Of a stretch of 64,000 nucleotides of DNA, positions 55,344-64,000 are shown in pieces (positions within the stretch are counted from its first letter, which is position 1; each line of letters starts with the position of its first letter). Source of the stretch: an uncultured Planctomycetaceae bacterium. Its GTDB lineage: Bacteria > Planctomycetota > Planctomycetia > Pirellulales > PALSA-1355. The translations under genes were made by a program, and so were the position numbers. Under the pieces are notes generated by a model that searched no databases, was not told the DNA's origin, and saw only the letters and a list, made by a program, of their open reading frames with translations. Location of the stretch: assembly GCA_963785305.1 (NCBI GenBank), contig CAWAUV010000002.1, forward strand, positions 1 to 64,000, read 5' to 3'.

Positions 55344-55937
55344 CTAAAAGCGCTGCCGGCCGGCGAGGGCGTCGGCCAGAATTTCCTTGTTGGCGAATTC
55401 GAGCACGCTGCCGGTCGTGAGCCCGCGCGCCAAACGCGTGATCTCGACCTTGGAATCGGCGAGCATGTTCGAGATATACAGAGCCGTGCCGTCGCCTTCG
55501 AGCGTGGGATTGGTGCCCATGATGATCTCGCGAAACGGACCCTCGGCCACGCGCGCCATGAGGGGCGCGAGCGTGAGTTGCTCGGGCCCGACGCCTTCGA
55601 GCGGGGCGAGCCGGCCCAGGAGCACATGGTAGAGGCCGCGATAAGCGCCGGCCTGTTCGAGCGCCATCAGGTCGCGGGGCTGCTCGACCACGCAGAGCAA
55701 TCCTTGGTCACGGCGAGGATCGCGGCAAATCGAACATAGCTCGCCCTCGGCCAAATTGTAACACGTCTGACAGTGACGCACGTTCTCCTTCACGCCGCGA
55801 ATCGCATCGGCCAGGGCCATGGCCTCCGGCGCCGGCAAGCGAAGCACATGATATGCAAGCCGCTCGGCCGACTTCTTGCCGATGCCTGGCAGCTTGGCGA
55901 ATTCATCGACCAATTGAGTGACCGATTCGCTGATCAT
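55344..55937 (-). CDS. recR: Recombination mediator RecR
   Basis: '[13 protein letters not shown]', Cys4 'CQTCYN...CSIC', Toprim '[12 protein letters not shown]', 'TRLARGL'. Confidence 0.96.
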   Translation of the reverse strand: MISESVTQLVDEFAKLPGIGKKSAERLAYHVLRLPAPEAMALADAIRGVKENVRHCQTCYNLAEGELCSICRDPRRDQGLLCVVEQPRDLMALEQAGAYRGLYHVLLGRLAPLEGVGPEQLTLAPLMARVAEGPFREIIMGTNPTLEGDGTALYISNMLADSKVEITRLARGLTTGSVLEFANKEILADALAGRQRF

Positions 55938-56061
55938 GGTTCCACGGCGGTTTATGATTAAACTCGGACTCGCTCCGCGACAGTCGCCCACGCATCGTTC
56001 GTGGGCGAACACATCGCTCGACGGCTCGGCGCGTCCACTCAGCCGAGCAGCTCGCTCTACC

Positions 56062-56146
56062 CAGCCGCTAGGCGGAGTGTTATCGCTCAGCCGCTAGGCG
56101 AGTTACCGCTCAGCCGCTAGGCGGGTTATCGCTCAGCCGCTAGGCG
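56062..56146. repeat. Four tandem copies of CAGCCGCTAGGCG (period 26/23/23) reiterating the dnaX 3' end
   Basis: Copies start at 56062, 56088, 56111 and 56134. The last overlaps the dnaX C-terminal 'PPSG*'. Confidence 0.85.
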
Positions 56147-58156
56147 GGTCGACTCGCGTCGGGGCGCTGCCAAACGCCTCGGCGACCGCGGCGACCAGCG
56201 GATGCGCCATGCGCTCGGCAACCCAGGCTTTCGACCCGACCGCGCCTTCGCTCGTCGGCCCCCGAGGCTTTTCCTCGCTCGGCGGCGCCTCGCCGGCTTC
56301 GAGCACAAACTCGATTTGCATGGCTCGGCCCGCCGCCTCGCTCACGGCCGCTCGCAATTCGGCCATGCGATCGGACTGCTCACAGAACGACTTGGCGAAA
56401 TTATACCGCGTAGGAAAATAAATAGCCAGAATATTTGTGTGCAACTTGCAACGCGCTGCACATGGCCCGCATAAGCAACCAGCATGCCTTCGGGCAGTCG
56501 GGCCAAGGCATCTTGCCACAAACGCCGCAGATCCGTGATCGGGGCCCGGTTGGGCTCGCTCGGGGGGGGCCAGTTCGCTTGGCGCTCCGGCGGCCGGGCG
56601 CGATCCTCCACCGCTGGGGGGGCATTGCCTCGCGCCGCCTCGGCATCCAATTCGTCCGGCCGTTCCGCTGGCGGCGGAATTTGTCGGGGCGAAGGGGGTT
56701 CCGCTAGGGGAGGGGATTCCGCAAGCGCCCCCGTTTCCGAAAGGCGCGCCGGATTCCGAAAGCGTTTTGGCAACCGGGGGAGAAGGTGGCGGCGGCGATA
56801 GTGGCGCGCGGCGCCTCGGCCAGCGCCACGGCGCGGGCATCATCACTCAATCGTTCTTTTTTTTTTGCGGTCTCGCCGTCCCCAGGGTTTCTCGCCGCGA
56901 CGCCTTCGCCGCCGGACTGGGCGCCCTCGAGCACTTGCCGGAGCGAGTCGCCGATCGCTTCCAAATTTTCGAGACTTGCGATTCGCACCAACGCCATTTC
57001 GGCCAAAATCCGCGACTGGGTGCTGTGGCGCATCCGAGCGAGCGCATGGTCGAGAATCTGCAACATCGCGAGAATCGTCGTGAGCCCGAGCGATTGCCCC
57101 AGTTCGCTCACCACCGACTGAGTAGCGCCCGACGTGTGGAGAAACGCGTCGGGTCCGCAGCCGGCGGCGGCGGTCATGGCGTCGCGCAGCCCGCTCATGA
57201 GTTGTTCGAGCAATTGCCCCGCGTCGACCCCCTCGGCCAGCGCGGTGTTAAGCTCGCGAAGCGCCGCGGCGGCGTCGCGCCGGGCTAGCGCGGCAAGCAA
57301 CTGCGCCACGCGATCGTCGCCGGCCGAGCCCAAGAGCGCGTGAATATCCGCGGCTCGGAGCACCTCGCCGCCGAAACTCAGGAGCTGTTCGAGCAGCGAT
57401 TGACTGTCGCGCATCGAACCATTGGCCCGGCGCGCGAAGAGATCGAGCGCCGCGGGCTCCGCCTCGACGCCTTCGGCCTTGGCGATCTGGCTCAAACGCT
57501 CACGAATCGACGGCGCTCGGATGCCCGCGAAATCAAATCGCTGGCAGCGCGAGAGGATCGTGATTGGAATCTTGTTGGCCTCGGTCGTGCAGAAAATGAA
57601 CTTTACATGCTCGGGCGGCTCTTCGAGCGTCTTGAGCAGCGCGTTGAACGCCTGCGAGGTGAGCATGTGAACTTCGTCGATGATGTATATCTTATAGGGC
57701 GCGCGGCTCGGGCGGCACGCCGACATTCTGGCGAAGCTGCCGAATCTCATCGATGCCGCGATTGCTCGCCCCGTCGATCTCGATCACATCCACGTCGCTG
57801 CCGACCGCCACATTCAAGCACACATCGCACTGGTTGCAGGGCGTGGCCGTGGGGCCATGCACGCAGTCGAGCGCTTTGGCGAGAATTCGGGCGGCCGAGG
57901 TCTTGCCCACGCCGTGCGTGCCCGTGAAAAGGTAGGCGTGGCCCACTCGGTTCGAAGTGATCGCGTTGCCCAGGGCCCGGGCAATGTGCTCCTGGCCGAC
58001 GAGCTCGTCGAACGACTGGGGTCGATAGCGCCGGGCGACGACGAGGTAATCGGCGCCCGGCGATGCGCCCTCGGCGGCGAGGCTGGCCTGGGGAACCGAA
58101 CTCGTTCCGGATCCAGAGGTTGAGTCGAACGGATCGCGACTTTTCTCGGCAGACAT
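56133..58156 (-). CDS. dnaX: DNA polymerase III subunits gamma/tau, frameshifted at about 57715, 56775 and 56440
   Basis: '[16 protein letters not shown]', '[12 protein letters not shown]', '[11 protein letters not shown]', 'IIDEVHML...[12 protein letters not shown]', 'TILSRCQRF', '[12 protein letters not shown]'. Confidence 0.92.
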
Positions 58157-58175
58157 CGGAAAACCGCCCGCGTCT

Positions 58176-58325
58176 TTAAGAGCGTATCGAACAAATGCCC
58201 TCGTGGCCTTTTTTCAACCTCTCCCAGCGGCGAGCAAAGCTCGTCGCGGCTCGCGCGATAACGACATAAGTCGTTATTCGAAGGCCGCATCCGTGCGGCA
58301 GACCAGCCTTTTGAATCCTTCGACC
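58176..58325. mobile_element. MITE family A, degenerate copy between ffs and dnaX
   Basis: AAATGCCCTCGTGGCCTTTTTTCAACCTC...CGAGCAAAGCTCGTCGCGGCTCGC...CCGCATCCGTGCGGC matches the 817-973 copy. Confidence 0.65.
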
Positions 58326-58346
58326 GGCGGCTCGGAGCGCCGGCCG

Positions 58347-58446
58347 CCGATGAGAGACCCGCCGCACGAAGAGATGACTGCTTATGGCTGCTGACTTTCG
58401 TCCCTGACCAGGTTCACAGGTCCCCACTGCGGGGGCCTCTCATCGG
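58347..58446 (-). ncRNA. ffs: Signal recognition particle 4.5S RNA
   Basis: Minus strand CCGATGAGAGGCCC...GTGAACCTGGTCAGGGAC-GAAA-GTCAGCAGCCATAAGC...GGGTCTCTCATCGG. Terminal stem and CAGG/AGCA loop present, in the usual position upstream of dnaX. Confidence 0.9.
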
Positions 58447-58754
58447 AGGCCGGCGCCGGTGGTTGATGTATACTTTTCTAAGGCCGCGGGGCCGCCGCGT
58501 CAAATGGGTTCTCTTGGGTTCTCTTGTTCGGGCTCGCCTGGGGCACGCGACTCCTGGGCCGATTTGCATGGGCGCCCATGCCCGAAATCGTCAAAAAAAA
58601 GCTCGCCCGGCGAGCCGCGATGGCGAACAATGTCTCTTAAGCCGTCGAATCAAAAGTCGCCGCGGTCCAGCGGCGTCGAGGCGCGATTCGAGTTGGGTGG
58701 GTTTACATTTTCACGATTGCATCCGCATTCGCACTTTTTTCGAGGGAGGCTGTC

Positions 58755-59517
58755 ATGAGTCGACTCTTCGCAGTAGTGCTGGCCAGCGGGCTGGTCGCCG
58801 TGGGGATTCAATCGGCGAGCGCGCAGGATATTGAATTTCCGCCGCCGCCGGGCGCGAGCGTCTCGCCGGTGGTCGTGGCGCAGTCGGCCGAGACTCCGGC
58901 CGATGTGAGCGCACTGCGCGTCGCTTTTCGTGCAGAAGGGCGAAGCCGAGTTCAAAGCCGGCCACTACACCGCCGCGGTGCAAGCTTGGCGGCACGCGCT
59001 GGTCGATGATCCGAAGAATGGCGGCGTGGTGCTGATGCTCTCGCAAGCGCTGTTCGCCATCGGTCAATACGACGAAGCGGCCGGGGCCGCGCAATACGGC
59101 ATGAGCCTTGTGCCAGCCGAGAAGTGGGGCGAAGTGGTCACTCGCTACAAGGAACTCTACGGCAACTATCAAGACTACACCGACGAGCTCAAGCGGCTGG
59201 AAAAAGCTCGCGACACAGCGCCCGAATCGCCCGCGCTTTGCTTTCTCCTGGGCTACCACTTCGGTTACTTGGGCTACCCGAAACATGCGGTCAAGGAGCT
59301 CGACAAGACGATCGAGCTCGCGCCGAAGGATGAAACCGCGCGGAAGCTTCTGGAAGTATTCAAGCCGCGGGTGAAAGACGCCGCCGCCGAGCAACCGACG
59401 CCCTCGAGCGAGGCGGCGCCGGCCGAATCCGCCGCGCCGTCGGGCGGACCCGAGAAGGCGGCCGCGCCCGATAAGCCGGCCACCGAGCAAGGCGCCACCC
59501 CCGAGCGTCCGTTCTAG
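58755..59517 (+). CDS. Secreted TPR protein, frameshift at about 58925
   Basis: RBS GGAGG, signal peptide, TPR-like 'GEAEFKAGHYTAAVQAWRHALVDDPKN...QALFAIGQYDEAA', 'FLLGYHFGYLGYP'. Confidence 0.75.
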
Positions 59518-59637
59518 CGACTAGGGTCGGGGCGAATCCCATTACTTAATCGTCAGGATGCAAGTTTTTTAACCTTACTTCTTCCGCGCTCGTAGAATGG
59601 AAAAGCGATTCGCGAGCTTCTTCTGGAGGGACATATC

Positions 59638-61260
59638 ATGGCGTCGACTTGGCGATGGGGACTTCTCCTGGCGGCCGCGCTCGTGGCAAGCGTTCCGGCA
59701 ACGCTTTGGGCCCACGGCGGGGGTGGTGGCGGAGGTGGTGGACATGGCGGCGGTGGCGGAGGACATGGAGGAGGATTCGGCGGCGGCCACGGTGGCTTTG
59801 GCGGCGGCCACTACGGTGGCGGCGGCTATGGTGGCGGTCTCGGGGGCGGCCACTACGGTGGCGGCGGCGGTTACGGTGGTGGCCACTATGGCGGATATGG
59901 CGGCGGAGGATATGGCGGCGGATATGGCGGACATGGGCTCGGCGCCTCCGGCATGGGCGGCCACTACGGCGGCATGAGCGGCATGGCCGGAGGACACAAC
60001 CTCGGCGGCCAGGCGATCGGCGGAATGGGCCACGCCAGCAGCTTTGCCGGCCGCAATTTCGCGGGCGCTTCCATGGGGCATGGTCTCGGCGCCAACAGCG
60101 CTTCGTTTGCCGGCAGAAACTTCGGCGGCGTCTCGCACATGGGCGCCATGAACGGCGGCATGCATAGCTTTGCCTCGAATAATTTCGGTGGCTACAACCA
60201 CGCGGGCTACAACCACGCCGGCATGGGCGGCTACAACCACAACGGCTATGGGCACAACGGCTATGGGCACAACGGTTATGGCAACGGGGGCTATGGTTAT
60301 GGCCATGGCGGCTATGGCCGCTATGGATATGGCGGCTACGGCGGCTATGGCTTTGGCGGTTTCGGCTATGGTGGCTTTGGCTACGGCCTCGGTTTCGGTT
60401 TTCTGCCCTTCTTTGGCTACGGCCTTGGCTACGGGCTCGGCTATGGCCTCGGCTACGGCGGGTATGGTGGCTACGGCGGATACGGTGGCTATGGCGGATA
60501 CGGTGGCTATGGCGGCTATGGAGGATACGGTGGCTATGGTGGCTATGGTTACTCGAACTATGGCGCGGCGGGTTATGCGCCGACCTATGTGACCGCGGCG
60601 CCGGAGGCTACTCAAACCGATTTCGCGGCGCAAGGCGACGCCGACTTCAAAGCCGGCCGCTACGACGCCGCTATTCGCGACTATCAACATGCCCTGATCG
60701 ACGATTCATCGAACGCCGGCTTGGTGCTGCTCATGGGTCAGGCCCTCTTCGCCACCGGAAAGTTCGATCAGGCCGCTGGCGCGGTCGAGCAGTCGATGGC
60801 CTCCTTGCCCGAAGATAAGTGGGGCGTGGTTGTGCAGAACTACACCCAGCTCTATGGCAATGTCGCCGACTACACGAACGAGGTTCGAGCGCTCGAAGCG
60901 GCTCGCGACGCCAAGCCCGACTCGCCGGCTCTGCGGTTCCTCTTGGGCTATCACTTCGGCTACTTGGGCTACCCGAAGCAGGCTGTGGAAGAGCTCGACA
61001 AAGCGATGCAGCTCGAGCCGCGCGATCCGTTTGCCCGTCGGCTGCGAGATATGATGGCGGCCAAGCTCGGCCTGCCCGCGGCGCCGCCGCCCGCGCAGCT
61101 CGAAGGGCCGAAAGGTCCCATGGCAAGTCCGACTACTTCGATCCCGGCGCCGCCGCCCAATCCGCCGGCATTGGGCGCGCCCCCCTTGGGCCAACCGGCG
61201 CTGGGCCAGCCGACCCTGAACCAGCCGACCCTGAACCAGCCGGTCGGTGAAGCCAGTTGA
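59638..61260 (+). CDS. Secreted Gly/Tyr-rich low-complexity protein with C-terminal TPR domain and Pro-rich tail
   Basis: Signal peptide, about 280 aa of GGY/GYG/GHN repeats, TPR domain paralogous to the upstream gene ('FLLGYHFGYLGYPKQAVEELDK'). Confidence 0.8.
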   Translation: MASTWRWGLLLAAALVASVPATLWAHGGGGGGGGGHGGGGGGHGGGFGGGHGGFGGGHYGGGGYGGGLGGGHYGGGGGYGGGHYGGYGGGGYGGGYGGHGLGASGMGGHYGGMSGMAGGHNLGGQAIGGMGHASSFAGRNFAGASMGHGLGANSASFAGRNFGGVSHMGAMNGGMHSFASNNFGGYNHAGYNHAGMGGYNHNGYGHNGYGHNGYGNGGYGYGHGGYGRYGYGGYGGYGFGGFGYGGFGYGLGFGFLPFFGYGLGYGLGYGLGYGGYGGYGGYGGYGGYGGYGGYGGYGGYGGYGYSNYGAAGYAPTYVTAAPEATQTDFAAQGDADFKAGRYDAAIRDYQHALIDDSSNAGLVLLMGQALFATGKFDQAAGAVEQSMASLPEDKWGVVVQNYTQLYGNVADYTNEVRALEAARDAKPDSPALRFLLGYHFGYLGYPKQAVEELDKAMQLEPRDPFARRLRDMMAAKLGLPAAPPPAQLEGPKGPMASPTTSIPAPPPNPPALGAPPLGQPALGQPTLNQPTLNQPVGEAS

Positions 61261-61473
61261 TGATGTTTTCCAATCGTTCGCGGCCTTCCTTTGCAAGTCC
61301 GGCGACCGGTCCGGCAATCCGAAGCATGACCCCCGGAACGGGTCCGATCGAACGCCACGATCCGCAAGGGTCGTGGCGTTTCGAGCTTCATGGCCGCGGG
61401 CGGCGGCTTGCGGCCGGCGCCAGCGCGGTTAGCATGGAGCGGCGGTCCGTTTCCTATTTTGCAAAAGCTGCGC

Positions 61474-62424
61474 ATGCTTCTCAATGAACTTGCCGCGCGC
61501 GAATGCCGCCGGCTCCGCGCCCGACGTCACTCACTCCGCATCGATTTCCATGAAACGCCCTGCGGAGCGCGCTGGGTCGACTGCGGCATCGACTCGCCCG
61601 GCGGAATCGAGGCCGGTCTCGCGCTAGCGCGAATTTCCCTCGCCGGCTTGGCCGAAGTCTCGCTTTCGCCGAGCTCCATCGCCGGCCAGGGGCCCGTGGT
61701 GTTTGTGCGAACCGATCATCCCGTGGCCGCATGTCTCGCCGCGCAATATGCCGGTTGGCGACTGGCGTCCGATGGTTTTTTCGCCATGGGCTCCGGTCCC
61801 ATGCGAGCCGCGGCCGGCGCCGAATCGCTCTTCGATCGAATCGGATATCGCGAAACGGCGCGTGAAGCCGTGGGAGTGCTCGAGACCCGGCAGCCGCCGC
61901 CCGAGACGATCTGCCGTCGCGTGGCCGAGGCGTGTCGGGTGGCGCCCGAGCGGCTCACGCTCTTCGTCGCGCCCACGGCGAGCCTTGCCGGCATGGTGCA
62001 AGTGGTGGCCCGTTCGCTCGAAACGGCGCTGCACAAGCTGCTGGCCCTCGATTTTGATTTGAAGCGCGTGGTCAGCGGCTGGGGATCGGCCCCGCTGCCG
62101 CCGATGGCCGCCAATGATCTGGCCGCCATTGGCCGAACGAACGACGCGATTCTCTACGGCGGCGATGTGACACTCGCCGTGCGCGGCGACGATCGGAGCC
62201 TCGAACAGATCGGCCCGCTGGCCGTGAGCAGCGCGTCGGCGGCGCATGGCAAACCGTTTGCCGAGCTATTTGAACTCGCTGGGCGAGATTTCTATAAGAT
62301 CGACCCCGGCCTCTTCAGTCCGGCGCGGCTCACATTGCACAATCTCGACACCGGCGCCCTGCATTGTTTTGGCCGGTTCGCGCCCGAGGTGCTCGCGGCT
62401 TCCTGGGGCGGCAGTCGGGCATGA
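61474..62424 (+). CDS. mch: Methenyltetrahydromethanopterin cyclohydrolase
   Basis: 'QYAGWRL...FFAMGSGPMRA', 'APTASLAGMVQVVARSLETALHK', 'GRTNDAILYGG', 'DFYKIDPGLFSPA'. Confidence 0.95.
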   Translation: MLLNELAARECRRLRARRHSLRIDFHETPCGARWVDCGIDSPGGIEAGLALARISLAGLAEVSLSPSSIAGQGPVVFVRTDHPVAACLAAQYAGWRLASDGFFAMGSGPMRAAAGAESLFDRIGYRETAREAVGVLETRQPPPETICRRVAEACRVAPERLTLFVAPTASLAGMVQVVARSLETALHKLLALDFDLKRVVSGWGSAPLPPMAANDLAAIGRTNDAILYGGDVTLAVRGDDRSLEQIGPLAVSSASAAHGKPFAELFELAGRDFYKIDPGLFSPARLTLHNLDTGALHCFGRFAPEVLAASWGGSRA

Positions 62425-62485
62425 GGCAATTGGGTAGCGGCTTTTTCCGCGAAGCGTGACTCGGCGAACGAAGGACACACACGGC

Positions 62486-63376
62486 ATGCGCATCGGCGTG
62501 TTGGCGGCCACGGCCGGATGGCTCTTCGATGATCTCCGCCGCGCGGCGGGCGGGCGGCATGAAATCGTTTGGCTCGACTATGCCCAACTCTCGGACTCGA
62601 TCGGGTCCGCGCCTAGCGAGCGCGGGCCGCGGGCCCAAGGCACGCGGCTGGCCGAGCTCGACGCGCTGCTGGTGCGCTCGATGCCCGCTGGCTCGCTCGA
62701 GGCGGTCGTGTTTCGCATGGACCTGCTGGGCCGCTCCGAAGCCGACGGGCTCCTGGTGGTAAACTCGCCGAAGGCCATGGAAATCGCGGTCGATAAATAT
62801 CTGACCACGGCCCGACTTGCGGCCGCGGGCCTCTGCGTGCCCCGAACGATCGTTTGCCAAACGGTCGCCGCCGCGATGGAAGCATTTCACTCGCTCGGCG
62901 GCGATGTGGTGCTCAAGCCGCTCTTCGGCGGCGAGGGACGCGGCATTGCCCGGCTCACCGACGAAGCGATCGCCGAGCGAACCTTTGGGCTGCTCGCCTC
63001 GCTTGGCGCCGTGTTTTATCTGCAAGAGTTCGTGGCCCATGCGGGCCGCGATTTGCGAGTGCTGGTCATTGGCGACGACGCTTGGGCGATCGAGAGAACG
63101 AACCCGCTCGATTGGCGCACGAATGTGAGCCGCGGCGCCGCGGCCCGGCGGATTGAACCCACGGCGGAAATGTTATCGCTGGCCCACCGAGCGGCCCAGA
63201 CGGTTGGGGCCGAGATCGCGGGCGTTGATCTCCTGCCCGACGCCGACGGCCGCTTATATGCAATCGAAGTCAACGCGGCCCCCGGCTCGCGCGCGACGGC
63301 GGCGGCGATAGAAGTCGACATCGCGGCGGCGATCATCAGGCATCTCGCACAAATCAAAGGGGTCAGGACTCATTGA
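62486..63376 (+). CDS. RimK-family ATP-grasp ligase (Orf5/MptN-like, methanopterin-associated)
   Basis: 'VRSMPAGSLEAVVFRMDLL', 'VDKYLT', 'VLKPLFGGEGRG', 'WRTNVSRG', 'AGVDLL', 'EVNAAPG'; adjacent to mch. Confidence 0.85.
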   Translation: MRIGVLAATAGWLFDDLRRAAGGRHEIVWLDYAQLSDSIGSAPSERGPRAQGTRLAELDALLVRSMPAGSLEAVVFRMDLLGRSEADGLLVVNSPKAMEIAVDKYLTTARLAAAGLCVPRTIVCQTVAAAMEAFHSLGGDVVLKPLFGGEGRGIARLTDEAIAERTFGLLASLGAVFYLQEFVAHAGRDLRVLVIGDDAWAIERTNPLDWRTNVSRGAAARRIEPTAEMLSLAHRAAQTVGAEIAGVDLLPDADGRLYAIEVNAAPGSRATAAAIEVDIAAAIIRHLAQIKGVRTH

Positions 63377-63785
63377 TTTCGGTGGCGGTTGTTGCTAGAC
63401 TGGTGGACATGCCACGACCACCACGAGCCGACGAAGCTGGCGGCGTCTACCATGCCCTGAATCGAGCGAATGCCCGGGCCAAGATATTCCGCGACGACGC
63501 GGATTACGCAGCCTTCGAGCGAGTGCTCGGCGAAGGGCTCGCGCGACATGCCGGCGGGTTGTTCGCTTACCAGTTGATACCCAGCCACCGGCGCCGCTGG
63601 CGGAACGAGATCTCGCCGCATTGCGCGGCGAGGGTCTCCCTTCGGCGAGCCGACTTGGACCGAAGCGACGGCAAGGCGCCCGCGGCTGACCTCGACCCTA
63701 CAACCTCGTGGTCGTCCGCAAGTCCATTTTTCCGATACGGCTCCCGACCAAATACCAAACAATGAGTCCTGACCCGTTAGAATTC
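63351..63785 (+). mobile_element. Non-autonomous Y1/HUH element, copy 2
   Basis: Closely similar to 49661-50093 with the same internal deletion. Left hairpin AAATCAAAGGGGTCAGGACTCATTGATTT, right end GAGTCCTGACCCGTTAGAATTC. Confidence 0.8.
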
Positions 63786-63826
63786 TTCAAACATCTCCCC
63801 GCCCACGCCCTCAAAGGGATGCTGGT

Positions 63827-64000
63827 TTAAGGACTAGATGGCTGCCGAAATAAACCTTCAATCTTCGTCGCTTCGACTTGCTTGGTCGAGCCTTCCCTCC
63901 AAACAATGTCGGCCGGAAGAAGCCGTCCTCGGCCAGCCATCTCCTTCAACCTTTCGGTCTCTATCGGGCCATGTACTTGCCCATCATGCAAGTAGTACCA
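63827..64000 (-). CDS. 3' end of a GYF_2 (DUF4339) domain protein, cut by the window edge
   Basis: Minus-strand frame from 64000: 'WYYLHDGQVHGPIETERLKEMAGRGRLLPADIVWREGSTKQVEATKIEGLFRQPSSP*'. Confidence 0.7.
   Translation of the reverse strand, partial: WYYLHDGQVHGPIETERLKEMAGRGRLLPADIVWREGSTKQVEATKIEGLFRQPSSP

Noticed and set aside
56062..56146. Mini-CRISPR array
   Set aside because: The repeat is 13 bp, the 10-13 bp spacers are near-identical, and no cas genes are present. It is a tandem duplication.
4078..59517. Mass pseudogenisation or programmed frameshifting in sulfatase, ndvB, DUF1559, xfp, paaK-like, rpoN, dnaX and TPR genes
   Set aside because: Breaks are scattered small indels, hit essential dnaX, show no shared slippery motif and have no accompanying nonsense decay. 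They are most consistent with assembly error; read polishing would settle it.
49604..63785. 14-kb composite transposon bounded by the two Y1 copies
   Set aside because: The interior is core genes in conventional order (ffs-dnaX-recR, rpoN, nrdR) and the copies are diverged. Independent insertions are more likely.

Overview
High-GC bacterial DNA, very probably a planctomycete (Pirellulales-like). Evidence: a DUF1559 prepilin-type protein, PVC-type CxxCH proteins, a sulfatase, mch plus an Orf5/RimK-type H4MPT gene, and Gly-rich TPR proteins. Most of the window is core or metabolic genes: a two-component pair, sulfatase, typA, a cyclic beta-1,2-glucan synthase, phosphoketolase, galK, an autotransporter, an ArsR-rhodanese-CoA-disulfide reductase operon, lysA, htpG, a natAB-like ABC pair, nrdR, rpoN, recR, dnaX, SRP RNA and mch. 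Many genes, including essential ones, are broken by small frameshifts, most likely assembly indels. The accessory segment at about 43.7-53 kb holds stacked MITEs, an IS701-family element and a non-autonomous Y1 (HUH/RAYT-like) element with stuttered hairpin ends (second copy at 63.35-63.79 kb). It also holds an orphan Rhs toxin/immunity cassette with a papain-fold toxin, preceded by a boxB/boxA-like signal. Most notable: an NrdR with two diverged tandem zinc ribbons; the stuttering Y1-derived element beside Rhs fragments; three MITE families, two carrying REP-like hairpins; an A10 slippage site in dnaX; and no ybaB between dnaX and recR. All family assignments are by eye; no searches were run.
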